A stretch of 64,000 nucleotides of DNA from Oscillospiraceae bacterium (lineage in GTDB: Bacteria > Bacillota > Clostridia > Oscillospirales > Ruminococcaceae). Positions 8,261 through 17,097 of this stretch are shown one piece after another. The stretch lies in the NCBI GenBank assembly GCA_016291435.1, contig JAEEXH010000001.1:59661-123660 (forward strand), in the 5' to 3' direction. The notes beneath the pieces are model-generated. The model saw only the letters and a program-made list of their open reading frames with translations. It ran no database searches and was not told where the DNA came from. How positions within the stretch are numbered: the first letter of the stretch is position 1; the number at the start of each line of letters is the position of its first letter. The translations under genes and the position numbers were made by a program.

Positions 8261-9949
8261 TTATTCGAGCGGCCCGTATTCATGATCCCAGCCGTTCTCA
8301 TAGAATGTGCCGTCATCGGGATTGTAACAGTAGTTGTGGATCAGCGTACACTGCGGCTCCCATTCCGGGCTGCCGCTCAGCAGTGAATCAATGCTGCACC
8401 GGCAGAGCACGCCGGGCGTCTCGCCGTCGCCGACATAGAGCACGCCTTCCGCATTCTTCTCGATCGCGTTGTAATCCAGCGCATAGAGGAAGCCGTCGCG
8501 CACCGACAGCTTGCGCAGCGCATGCCGGAAGCGATAGCTGACCGTTTGCAGAAGCTCACGGCTCGCAAGGTCGTAGACGCTGATGCGGTATTCCGCCTTC
8601 TGTACGCCGTCCTCCTTCATCACAACACGGCTCAGGCCGTAGAATCTGCTGCCGTCTGTCGTATAATCCTCAAATGCCGCATCCAAGAGCTTTTCGGATT
8701 CGCCGGTGTCAAGATTCATTTTCATGGTGTAGGATACATTCGGCGTGCGCACCTGATAAATCAAAGTGCTGCCGCACATCGTAAAGCCCGTCATGCCGTT
8801 ATTGGCACCCGAGACAACCTGCCTGTGCGCGCCTGTTTTCAGATCTATCGCAAAAATGCCGTTGCTGTTTTTCGCCTGCCAGTCGCCGCCGCCGATCTGA
8901 TAGCAGAGCCAGTCGCCGCCCGCACAGAGCATGACAGGCGTCGGATATATGATGTTCGACTCCGCATCCGGCATCGAGCGGTAAAGCTCCAGCGTCTTGC
9001 CGGTCGCGATCTCATAGCCGAAGATGGCGTAGCCTGTGTTGGATGTGTTCTCATCGCTCGGATTCTCGGGGTTGAAATCCGCCAGACGGTGATGCAGCTC
9101 TGCCATCCACCAGACATAGCCGCGGTGAATGACAGGCGTGCCGATGGGCATGGAGCATTCCGCCTTGATGCGGGCAAGCTCCGTGATGCCGGTGCCGTCG
9201 GGCGCATAGGAGAGCAGATAGGTGTATTCGCTGTTATACTGATCACGGTCTCCGGCTGCGGCATAGAGCACGCCGTCATAGGCAACAAGCCCGTGCTGCA
9301 CATATTTTTCCACAGACGCTTCGCAGAAATCATCGCCGTAATGCAGACAGTTCGGTCTTGCACAGAGCGGCACCTCCCCGCCGGATTCCGCATCGCTGTA
9401 TCCGATTATGCTTATGCCGCTTCGGTGGTCGGCATAAAACTTCGTGATCAGCTCATCCTGTTCGGTTTCGTCAAGCTGCGCGAGCGTATCATATGCGAAT
9501 GTGTTGACGATCGAGTGATACCAGCCGGTATCGGAGGCGGTGTACCAGAAACTGTAATTCTCAAGCGGACTGTGGAACCGCTGTGCCGAGTTGTCCCACT
9601 GCTGATCGGTGAGATGCAGCCCGAGTGTGTTCTGCTCTGTCTGCCCCGAAAGCTCCGCGGCACGGCTGCTGCCGTCAGACTGATTGTTTCCGCCGTTTGT
9701 GCCGCGCATTGCAACGATTGCCGCCATGCCGCCGCCGCCCAGCACTGCCGCCGCGAGCACCCCCGCGAACACATATTTCCCGATCCTCCGCCGCTTTTCT
9801 CTGCGCTGTTCTTTTTCCATATCAAATGCCTTTCCCTTCTGCCTCTGCGCGAACTCCGAAGGAGAGCAAAGTCTTGCGGAAAGCTCCGCAAAATACCGCT
9901 GATCGGCACGCGGCAAAGCATGCAGAAAGGCGCGTTCCTTTTTGTTCAC
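8261..9949 (-). CDS. single-pass membrane sensor paralog P3 (putative anti-sigma of module 2)
   Basis: 562 aa. The GTG start at 9949 overlaps the sigma stop (GTGA). TM AAAVLGGGGMAAIVAMRG and ectodomain PLCARPNCLHYGDDFCEAS. Confidence 0.85.
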   Translation of the reverse strand: MNKKERAFLHALPRADQRYFAELSARLCSPSEFAQRQKGKAFDMEKEQRREKRRRIGKYVFAGVLAAAVLGGGGMAAIVAMRGTNGGNNQSDGSSRAAELSGQTEQNTLGLHLTDQQWDNSAQRFHSPLENYSFWYTASDTGWYHSIVNTFAYDTLAQLDETEQDELITKFYADHRSGISIIGYSDAESGGEVPLCARPNCLHYGDDFCEASVEKYVQHGLVAYDGVLYAAAGDRDQYNSEYTYLLSYAPDGTGITELARIKAECSMPIGTPVIHRGYVWWMAELHHRLADFNPENPSDENTSNTGYAIFGYEIATGKTLELYRSMPDAESNIIYPTPVMLCAGGDWLCYQIGGGDWQAKNSNGIFAIDLKTGAHRQVVSGANNGMTGFTMCGSTLIYQVRTPNVSYTMKMNLDTGESEKLLDAAFEDYTTDGSRFYGLSRVVMKEDGVQKAEYRISVYDLASRELLQTVSYRFRHALRKLSVRDGFLYALDYNAIEKNAEGVLYVGDGETPGVLCRCSIDSLLSGSPEWEPQCTLIHNYCYNPDDGTFYENGWDHEYGPLE

Positions 9950-10515
9950 AATAAGCCCTCCCCGTTCAGAAATTTTCGCAGCTTAAGGCGTGTGCGCATC
10001 AGCGTGACAGCCGCCTTGCTGTAAGTGATCGCAAAGGCATCCGCGATCTCCCCGACCGACTTCCCGTTCACATAGCGGTGCAGGAAGATGGTGCGGGCTT
10101 CGGGTGTGAGCGTTGACAGAAAGCGGTTGACCGCCTCTGTCATCAGTGCTTCATCCATGATCTGCTCAACGGAGACCTTTGCGGGCTGCTGCCGCGCCGC
10201 TGCATCGTCGAGTGAAAGCTCCGGCAGACCGCCGCCGCGCTTTTTCGCGCGCTGTTTCTCGCGTTTCTGATATGCGTGCCGCCTGAGAACGGTGCAGAGA
10301 TAGGCAAAAAGATCCTCCGGCTCAGCGGGCGGAATCGCATTCCAGAGGCTCAGGAGCGTATCGTTCCAGACCTCTTTCGCGTCCTCCTCGGAGTGCAGGA
10401 TATTTGCCGCAATGTTTCTGCCGGCGCCGCCGTATTTTTTCGATACGGCTCGGAGCGCTTTTTCGTCCCGCGCTGCAAACAGAGCGAGAATCTGCTTGTC
10501 TTCCGTTGCAATCAC
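9946..10515 (-). CDS. ECF-type sigma-70 family factor (module 2)
   Basis: 189 aa paralog of 7544-8104 (EEDAKEVWNDTLLSLWNAIPP...; HTH GEIADAFAITYSKAAVTLMRTRLKLRKFL). The start is GTG at 10515 or the adjacent ATT; see findings. Confidence 0.85.
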   Translation of the reverse strand: MIATEDKQILALFAARDEKALRAVSKKYGGAGRNIAANILHSEEDAKEVWNDTLLSLWNAIPPAEPEDLFAYLCTVLRRHAYQKREKQRAKKRGGGLPELSLDDAAARQQPAKVSVEQIMDEALMTEAVNRFLSTLTPEARTIFLHRYVNGKSVGEIADAFAITYSKAAVTLMRTRLKLRKFLNGEGLL

Positions 10516-10552
10516 TTCCTTTCCATGAGATAGAGACCGTCTCTATTTCACC

Positions 10553-10580
10553 AGATCGGAACCGGGCTCTGTATATTACA
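10553..10580 (-). promoter_or_regulatory. ECF-type promoter-like motif TGTAAT-N16-CGATCT (module 2)
   Basis: Minus-strand reading: TGTAAT atacagagcccggttc CGATCT ggtgaaATAGAG. Confidence 0.5.
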
Positions 10581-10626
10581 CTTGATATGAAAAAAATTTC
10601 TGCGTGTACAATGCACCTGCCTTTCC

Positions 10627-12261
10627 TTATTTGAGCGACACCTCCGAGAGCGTCAGCACGGTCTCGCAGTCTGAAGCATCCGTATCTCCGCGCAGCACAT
10701 CCGCCGTCGGGATGCGGCAGAGACAGGCGTTTGCGTCCGCGTCCGGATTGAAGTCGCCTTCCCTGATCAGACCGTCCTCATAGATAGTGTCGTAGCGAAG
10801 ATCGAAGCCGTCCGTCACAAACCAGAGATACCCGTCACGGACAAAATACCGCAGGATTTTGCCGCGCGATGTAAGGTCGATGCGTGCAAGCGTTCTGCCC
10901 GCCGCATCCCCGACCGCGATCCCGTGCGCATGCGTATCTTCCCCGTAATCTGACCACTGCCAGAAGGTATACTCCCCCTGCTTCAGCACAAACGGGAACG
11001 CCTCGCCCGCATCGCCGAGCTTCTGCCGCATCCCCTTCGTGATCTCGCCGGTTTCGTAATCGCAGAACTTATACGCCGGTTCAATGCCTGCGTCATCCCT
11101 GTAATAAATGCCGTCTGTACCCGCAAAGAAGTCCCCCGCGTACAGACGCACATTTTCCTCGAGCCGTTCGCAGGCAAATGTGCCGAGATCCATGCGGTAA
11201 ATACCGCTGTGTGTGCCTGTTTCGAGCGCATAGAGCGCACTGCCTTTGCACCAGATCTGCTCCGGGCTGCCGTATACCGTATGCTCGCCTTCCGGCGGGA
11301 GATTCAGATACAGCGTATACGCCTGCTTTTCCGCAAAGTCATAGCAGACAACTGCCCAGCCGCCGCGCACGGCTTTGGTGACGGTGCCGACATCCGGCTG
11401 CTCCGTGACCGCCTGCTCTGCAACAGAGAGCGCCGCAAAGAGATACCCTTTGTGGATGCAGAAATCCTGCACCGCGATCTGTGCATTCGGCAGGTCGCTT
11501 GTGAACTGCACAAGCTCCTCGATTCCGGTACCGTCAGGCGCATAGGAGAGCAGGAAGCAGCCCTTGCTGTCTGCGCCTCTGCCCTTTTCCGCAACGGTAT
11601 AAAGCCCGCCGTCCCAGCTCAGCAGATGATGTGTCTCATAGGCTTTTGTCGATGCCTCGCAGTATTCATTGCCGTCGTGCAGACAGTTTGCCCTTGCACA
11701 GAGCGGCACGGTCTCGCCGGTCGCCTTGTCCTTGTAGCAGAAATAATCTGCCGTGATCTCCGTCTGTTCTTCCGGCGGGGCATATTTGTCCCTCCTGCGG
11801 AAGAACCAGCCGTTCTCTGTTTCCGTGACATACGGATTCACGCTGATGCCGCGCAGACTGTCTGCAATGTAATAATCCTGCTCCGGCATGAGCCGCGCGG
11901 TGAAATCGTCATCGCCGCCCTCCGTGAGACGGAGCGCCGGGGTATCGACCCCTTCCGTGATATTTTTCAGTTTGACACCGACGGTGTTCCGCTGAAAGAT
12001 GCTGCCGCCCTGCGTGCCGCGCATTGCAACGATTGCCGCCATGCCGCCCGCGCCGAGCACTGCCGCCGCGATCAAACCCGCGGCCGCGATTTTTCCGATT
12101 CTGCCGATTTTCCCTCTGGTTTCCCGCTGCTTCATAAGACGCTGTCCTTTCCGGGCAGCCGTTTCACTGCGGTGCCGTTCGATGCGGCGCGTCACCATAT
12201 CAAAATAGCGGCGGTCTGCACGCTCGACAGCTTGCAGAAAATCCTTTTCCGTGATCTTCAC
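10627..12261 (-). CDS. single-pass membrane sensor paralog P4 (putative anti-sigma of module 3)
   Basis: 544 aa. ADRRYFDM, TM AAAVLGAGGMAAIVAMRG and PLCARANCLHDGNEYCEAS (codons 11659-11700). 4-nt overlap with the sigma stop. Confidence 0.85.
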   Translation of the reverse strand: MKITEKDFLQAVERADRRYFDMVTRRIERHRSETAARKGQRLMKQRETRGKIGRIGKIAAAGLIAAAVLGAGGMAAIVAMRGTQGGSIFQRNTVGVKLKNITEGVDTPALRLTEGGDDDFTARLMPEQDYYIADSLRGISVNPYVTETENGWFFRRRDKYAPPEEQTEITADYFCYKDKATGETVPLCARANCLHDGNEYCEASTKAYETHHLLSWDGGLYTVAEKGRGADSKGCFLLSYAPDGTGIEELVQFTSDLPNAQIAVQDFCIHKGYLFAALSVAEQAVTEQPDVGTVTKAVRGGWAVVCYDFAEKQAYTLYLNLPPEGEHTVYGSPEQIWCKGSALYALETGTHSGIYRMDLGTFACERLEENVRLYAGDFFAGTDGIYYRDDAGIEPAYKFCDYETGEITKGMRQKLGDAGEAFPFVLKQGEYTFWQWSDYGEDTHAHGIAVGDAAGRTLARIDLTSRGKILRYFVRDGYLWFVTDGFDLRYDTIYEDGLIREGDFNPDADANACLCRIPTADVLRGDTDASDCETVLTLSEVSLK

Positions 12262-12824
12262 AGCCAGCCCTCCTCATTCAGATATTGCCGCAGTTTTTTT
12301 CGGACGCGCATGAGCGTCACGGCGACCTTGCTGCGCGAGATGCCGAACGCCTTTGCGATTTCCGTAAAGCTGCGGTGGTTTCCGTAATGATGCACAAAGA
12401 TCGTCAGGGTCTCCTCAGGGAGCGTTGAGAGAAAGCGGTTGACCGCCTCCTCCAGCATCCGCGCCTCCATCAGCTCCTCGACCGTTTTGCCGCCCGATGC
12501 GGGATGACGGTGTTCGGGGAGTGCGTCAAGCGAGGTCTCCGCTCTGCCGCCGCCGCGCTTTATCGCCTGCCGCTTTTCGAGACGCTTCAGCGCAAGATGC
12601 CGGACGGCCGTGTGCAGATAGGCGCCGAGATCATCGGGCTCTGCGGGCGGGACAGCGTTCCAGAGATTCAGCAGGGCGTCGTTCCAGACCTCCTCTGCAT
12701 CCTCATCCGATTGCAGGATATTCCGTGCAATGCGCAGCCCCATCGGGCGATATGCCGCGGTGAGTGCCGCGAGCGCTGATTCATCGCGCCTTTGCAGCAG
12801 GGCGAGGATCTGCCTGTCGTTCAT
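12258..12824 (-). CDS. ECF-type sigma-70 family factor (module 3)
   Basis: I chose the ATG at 12824 (MNDRQILALLQ) because it has GGAAG 8 nt upstream. The track ORF extension to 12962 runs through the promoter motif and is rejected. Confidence 0.85.
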   Translation of the reverse strand: MNDRQILALLQRRDESALAALTAAYRPMGLRIARNILQSDEDAEEVWNDALLNLWNAVPPAEPDDLGAYLHTAVRHLALKRLEKRQAIKRGGGRAETSLDALPEHRHPASGGKTVEELMEARMLEEAVNRFLSTLPEETLTIFVHHYGNHRSFTEIAKAFGISRSKVAVTLMRVRKKLRQYLNEEGWL

Positions 12825-12899
12825 TGTGATCACTTCCATTCCGTTTGTGTGCGCGGTTCCGGAGCCGCAGCACTGTGCAGAGAATTCTCTGTACTGGTA

Positions 12900-12927
12900 T
12901 GACCGGAAACAGATCTGAATGGTTACA
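12900..12927 (-). promoter_or_regulatory. ECF-type promoter-like motif TGTAAC-N16-CGGTCA (module 3)
   Basis: Minus-strand reading: TGTAAC cattcagatctgtttc CGGTCA taccagtACAGAG. Confidence 0.5.
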
Positions 12928-12984
12928 CATGCGGGAAAAAAATTTTTGTTTGGAAAGATCATCTCCTTTCAGATGATGCTGTAT

Positions 12985-14613
12985 TCAGTTCAGCAGTGCG
13001 CTGAGCCGCTGAATCTTCTCGATCGTGCAGACCGTTTCCCAGTCGGCGCTGCCCGCTTTGAGATCAGCCGTTTTGCAGCGAACAAGACAGGTGTCCGGGT
13101 CGTCCGCCGAGATCATGCCGCCGCTGCGGTAAGAAGGTCCCATCAGCGCACAGATGTCGCCGCCGATGAGCCGCAGCGTGAGGAAATCGCGGTCTGCGGG
13201 GCCTTCCAGCGTCCCCTGAAGCTGCATATCCATGTCGTAGAGATAAACCGTGCAGTGATCGTCAGCGGTGCCTGCCTGCTTGCAGATCGCGACATGCTTT
13301 CCGTCCGAAACCGTGATGCCGCTCGGGATATCGCTGTATATTTTGCTTTCGCCGGTCTCGGTGTCCAGAATGCAGAACTGATACTGATTCACCTTGACCT
13401 GCTTGCGGCAGAGGATATATTTGCCTGCCGTACCCTCACGGGCATAGCTTGCTGTGCCGCTCAGCAGCGTCTTCACCTCGCCGCTGCGCAGATCGAGCCC
13501 GTAGAGACCGACGGTGTAGGTCGCAGGCCAGCCGGATTCGCTTGAGAAATAGAGCATATCGCCGCCTGCCGAAAGAAACCGCGGCGGCTCCTCATAGCCC
13601 TTGGAGTTGTTCTCCTTCGGCATGACACTGAGCACCTCTGTCGTTTTGCCAGTCGCGATCTCGTAGGCATAGACCGCATAGCCTGTGCCCTTATGGGGAT
13701 TGTTGAAATCAAATTCGCTCTCGCTTGGCGAGGCGCCGTTCCGCACACGGTACAGGCAAAACACATAGCCGCGGTGGATGATCATATCCAGCGGGTCTGC
13801 CTCGCCCTTGCTGAACACCGCAAGCTCCGTGATGCCCGTGCCGTCAAGCGCATAGGAGAGCAGGCAGCGGCGGTAATTCTCGGGGTCGTCCTCATCGGTC
13901 GAGCGCGCCGCACAATAGAGCACGCCGTCATAATAAAGCGGTTTCCCGCGGTAATACTTTGCTGTTGTCGCCTCGCAGTATTCATTGCCGTCATGCAGGC
14001 AGTTCGGGTGCGCACAGAGCGGCACATCCTCGCCGGTCTCGCTGTCATAATACCAGATGATGTCATTGCGCGGCTTGGAAGTGTTATATGCGCTTTCCGC
14101 CGCATCCATCCTTTCATTCTCCGCGTCGGTATAGGAATTCTCCCCGCCTCCGCGCAGATCGTCGATCAGTTCAAAATTGATCTCATGATACCAGCCTGTA
14201 TCCGATGCCGTGAACCACATCTGGTCTGCGATATAGGAGTCGCCGGTATTGATCTCGCACCACTCCCCGCCGTCGGTGAGATTGAGATGCAGCGCTGCGG
14301 TGCCGTCTGTCTGCGAGGATGTGACCTCTGCGGCACGGCTGCTGCCGTCAGACTGATTGTTTCCGCCCTGCGTGCCGCGCATTGCGACGATTGCCGCCAT
14401 GCCGCCCGCGCCGAGCACTGCCGCCGCGATCACACCCGCGGCCGCGATTTTTCCGATTTTTCCAAGATGCTTTCCCACTTTGGATGCCTTCCCTTTCCGG
14501 GATGCCGCAAACGCATCCGGGTCGGCGCGGCGCCTTGCGATCTCCGCATAGAAGCGCCGGTCTGCATCCTTCATGAGCCGCAGAAATTCCTGCTCCCTGT
14601 GTTTCACAGCCAT
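12985..14613 (-). CDS. single-pass membrane sensor paralog P5 (putative anti-sigma of module 4)
   Basis: 542 aa. ADRRFYAE, TM AAAVLGAGGMAAIVAMRG and PLCAHPNCLHDGNEYCEAT. 10-nt overlap with the sigma stop. Confidence 0.85.
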   Translation of the reverse strand: MAVKHREQEFLRLMKDADRRFYAEIARRRADPDAFAASRKGKASKVGKHLGKIGKIAAAGVIAAAVLGAGGMAAIVAMRGTQGGNNQSDGSSRAAEVTSSQTDGTAALHLNLTDGGEWCEINTGDSYIADQMWFTASDTGWYHEINFELIDDLRGGGENSYTDAENERMDAAESAYNTSKPRNDIIWYYDSETGEDVPLCAHPNCLHDGNEYCEATTAKYYRGKPLYYDGVLYCAARSTDEDDPENYRRCLLSYALDGTGITELAVFSKGEADPLDMIIHRGYVFCLYRVRNGASPSESEFDFNNPHKGTGYAVYAYEIATGKTTEVLSVMPKENNSKGYEEPPRFLSAGGDMLYFSSESGWPATYTVGLYGLDLRSGEVKTLLSGTASYAREGTAGKYILCRKQVKVNQYQFCILDTETGESKIYSDIPSGITVSDGKHVAICKQAGTADDHCTVYLYDMDMQLQGTLEGPADRDFLTLRLIGGDICALMGPSYRSGGMISADDPDTCLVRCKTADLKAGSADWETVCTIEKIQRLSALLN

Positions 14614-15173
14614 CCCTCCTCGTGCATTGCCTTCCGAAGCCTGATGCGCGTCCGCATCAGGGTGACAGCAACCTTGCTCCGCGAAATGTGAAATTCCGCC
14701 GCGATCTCTGAGACGGTCTTTCCCGTGCCGTAATGCTCCAGAAAAATCGTTCTGGCATCGGGTGAGAGCGCCGTGAGAAAGCGGTTGACGGAATCGAGCA
14801 TCATGGCGCGCTCCATGAGCTCCTCCACATCATTGCTCTGCGGGTGGTGCTTTTCGGAGATTGCTTCCAGTGAGAGCTCCGGCTGACCGCCGCCGCGCTT
14901 CTGCGTGTTTTTCTTCTCGAGCCTTTGCAGCGAGAGCCGCCGCACGGCGGTGCAGAGATAGGCAAAGAGATCGTCGGGCTTTGCGGGCGGGATCGCATTC
15001 CAGAGATGCAGCAGGGCATCGTTCCAGATTTCCTCTGCGTCCGCCTCTGAGTGCAGTATATCCCTTGCGATTTTGCGCCCGGCTCTGCCGTACTGCTTTG
15101 TCAGCAGATGCAGCACCTGTTCGTCGCGCTGCTCGAGCATTCTGATCAAGCGGCTGTCTTCCGTTGTCATCAC
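14604..15173 (-). CDS. ECF-type sigma-70 family factor (module 4)
   Basis: 189 aa paralog. GTG at 15173 is followed directly by ATG at 15170; the ATG is the more likely start given GAAAGG 5 nt upstream. Confidence 0.85.
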   Translation of the reverse strand: MMTTEDSRLIRMLEQRDEQVLHLLTKQYGRAGRKIARDILHSEADAEEIWNDALLHLWNAIPPAKPDDLFAYLCTAVRRLSLQRLEKKNTQKRGGGQPELSLEAISEKHHPQSNDVEELMERAMMLDSVNRFLTALSPDARTIFLEHYGTGKTVSEIAAEFHISRSKVAVTLMRTRIRLRKAMHEEGWL

Positions 15174-15200
15174 TTCCTTTCGAGGTCCCTCTGTTTACTG

Positions 15201-15228
15201 GGATCGGAAAAGCAGGGATTTGTTTACA
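15201..15228 (-). promoter_or_regulatory. ECF-type promoter-like motif TGTAAA-N16-CGATCC (module 4)
   Basis: Minus-strand reading: TGTAAA caaatccctgcttttc CGATCC cagtaaACAGAGGG. Confidence 0.5.
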
Positions 15229-15267
15229 CCTCCGGATATATTTTTATATTTTATCTTTTTCAGATAT

Positions 15268-15451
15268 GAATTCGCAATGCGCAATTCGCAGTGCGCAATG
15301 AAGGTGTCGGCTTGCGCCGACGAATTTGGATTGAGCTCTGCCCAACCCTGACAAACAGATTACTTACGCCAAGGGGCTTGGGCGTCAGCCCCATTCATAA
15401 TCATCGCGAAGCGATACCGCCATTGCGCATTTCGCATTGCAAATTGCGCAC
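15268..15451. repeat. MITE-like element with GCGCAATG-type terminal inverted repeats and internal mini-hairpins
   Basis: Left end gaattcgcaatgcgcaattcgcagtgcgcaatg; right end cattgcgcatttcgcattgcaaattgcgc. The core (gtcggcttgcgccgac ... gcccc attcataatcatcgcgaagcgatac) is the reverse complement of the core at 60791-60963. Confidence 0.8.
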
Positions 15452-15459
15452 TGATTCTG

Positions 15460-17097
15460 TCAGTTTTCGGGTTCAGGGTGCTCCGCACGCCATGCCTCCA
15501 TGTCGATCTCGTGCATCTTCACCAGCGTACACGCCTGCTTCCATTCCGCATTGCCCGCAAGCAGCGCCTCCCGGCTGCATGACAGCACGGCGGCATCCTT
15601 TGCGATGATGCCGGATGTCTCCTGGATTTGCCCCTGATACTCCGTAATGACGCCGTCCGTGATGACTGTGACCGTGTCGCCGAACACCATGATTCTCCGC
15701 ACGCACTGATGATCGGGCACGCGCAGGGAGGCGACCTCCTTGCCCGTCATATCCAGCACGCGCACAGCATAGCTCATAACCTCCCTGCTTTTATCCGCCT
15801 CAGCCGAGTAGATATAGCTTCCGTCCGTCACAGAGTACGAGAGCGAGCCGTTATACAGCGTTTCCGTTTCGCCGGTCGCCGCATCGGTTGATTTTACCTT
15901 GTCCGGCGTGGCATCAAAATCCGTGTAATAGACTTTGCTGCCGGATACGGCAAAAACAGCCTCCTTATCCACGAGCTGTTTATGGCTGCCGTCTGTGAGA
16001 TTCAGCGCATAGATGCCTTGTTTGTTGGTATTCTGCCATGTGCCGTTTCCTATGGAATAGAACAGATAATCGCCGCCTGCCGAAAAAGTCCACGGTGCAT
16101 CTTGCCTGATACCGGAGCCTGCCTTCGGCATACAGCTATAGATCTCCGTCGCCTTGCCCGTGGCAATCTCATAGCCGAGAATCGCATAGCCGCTGTCGCT
16201 TTTTGTCACAAAGCCCGCCGCATCATATTCCAGCGGATTGATTTTCATGAAAATGCAGAACACATAGCCGCGGTGAACAACCGGTGTGCAGATCACATCG
16301 GTATACTGCTCGCCGAATGTGCAGAGCTCGGTGATGCCCGTGCCGTCCGGCGCATAGGAAAGCAGCACGGCGGTTGTCTTTTTCGGTACTGTTCCATCCG
16401 ATTTCAGTTCATCGAAATTCAGCGTTTTCAGCGCGGAAGCGTAGATCACGCCGTCCACACAGACCGGATCCGAGCGGCGGTAGGTATTCGAGGTCGCTTC
16501 GCAGTATATGCTGCCGTCATGCAGGCAGTTCGGTCTTGCGCAGAGCGGCACATCCTCGCCGGTTTCGCCGTCGCAGAACATGAGCGGCAGGTTTTCCAGA
16601 TAAAGCTTCGTCGGATACAACTCCTGCTGTGCTTCAAAGAACTCCTCGCCGAGCTCGCCGTCTGAGGGCGCTGCCGTCTCATCATAGCTGTGATACCAGC
16701 CGTTTTCGGTCGGGAACGCACAGCCGTAACCCGTGCTGCCATAGGAATCCGACTGCATGGCATTCCACTGCTGATCGGTGAGATTGAGACTGAGCGCTTC
16801 CGCGTGCTGCTCCTCGACCATACTGCGCATGTCGCGGGATTCCTCGCTGACGATGCCGAAGCCGCCGCGCATCGCGACCGCTGCCGCAATGCCGCCTCCG
16901 CCGACGAGTGCCGCTGCGAGCACCACGCCCCACGCAAGCTTCTTGTGATGTTTTTTCTCCGCAGATTTCATTTTGCGTGTTCCTCCTGCTCCGTATTTCG
17001 CTGCGAAAGCCTGAGGATCCGCTGCCCGGTCTGCGGCCATTTTGAAGAAACGGCGGTCTGCGCCTTTGACCGCACGCAAAAATTCCTTTTCCGTCAT
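15460..17097 (-). CDS. single-pass membrane sensor paralog P6 (putative anti-sigma of module 5)
   Basis: 545 aa. ADRRFFKM, TM LAAALVGGGGIAAAVAMRG and PLCARPNCLHDGSIYCEAT. ATGA overlap with the sigma stop. Confidence 0.85.
   Translation of the reverse strand: MTEKEFLRAVKGADRRFFKMAADRAADPQAFAAKYGAGGTRKMKSAEKKHHKKLAWGVVLAAALVGGGGIAAAVAMRGGFGIVSEESRDMRSMVEEQHAEALSLNLTDQQWNAMQSDSYGSTGYGCAFPTENGWYHSYDETAAPSDGELGEEFFEAQQELYPTKLYLENLPLMFCDGETGEDVPLCARPNCLHDGSIYCEATSNTYRRSDPVCVDGVIYASALKTLNFDELKSDGTVPKKTTAVLLSYAPDGTGITELCTFGEQYTDVICTPVVHRGYVFCIFMKINPLEYDAAGFVTKSDSGYAILGYEIATGKATEIYSCMPKAGSGIRQDAPWTFSAGGDYLFYSIGNGTWQNTNKQGIYALNLTDGSHKQLVDKEAVFAVSGSKVYYTDFDATPDKVKSTDAATGETETLYNGSLSYSVTDGSYIYSAEADKSREVMSYAVRVLDMTGKEVASLRVPDHQCVRRIMVFGDTVTVITDGVITEYQGQIQETSGIIAKDAAVLSCSREALLAGNAEWKQACTLVKMHEIDMEAWRAEHPEPEN

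Noticed and set aside
12825-12962. Longer N-termini of the sigma genes (12258-12962 and 19482-20261 track ORFs)
   Set aside because: The extensions cross the conserved promoter motif and, at 20150-20261, a repeat element. The paralog alignment shows that all the sigma factors begin at M(T/N)DRQIL-type sequences with an RBS.
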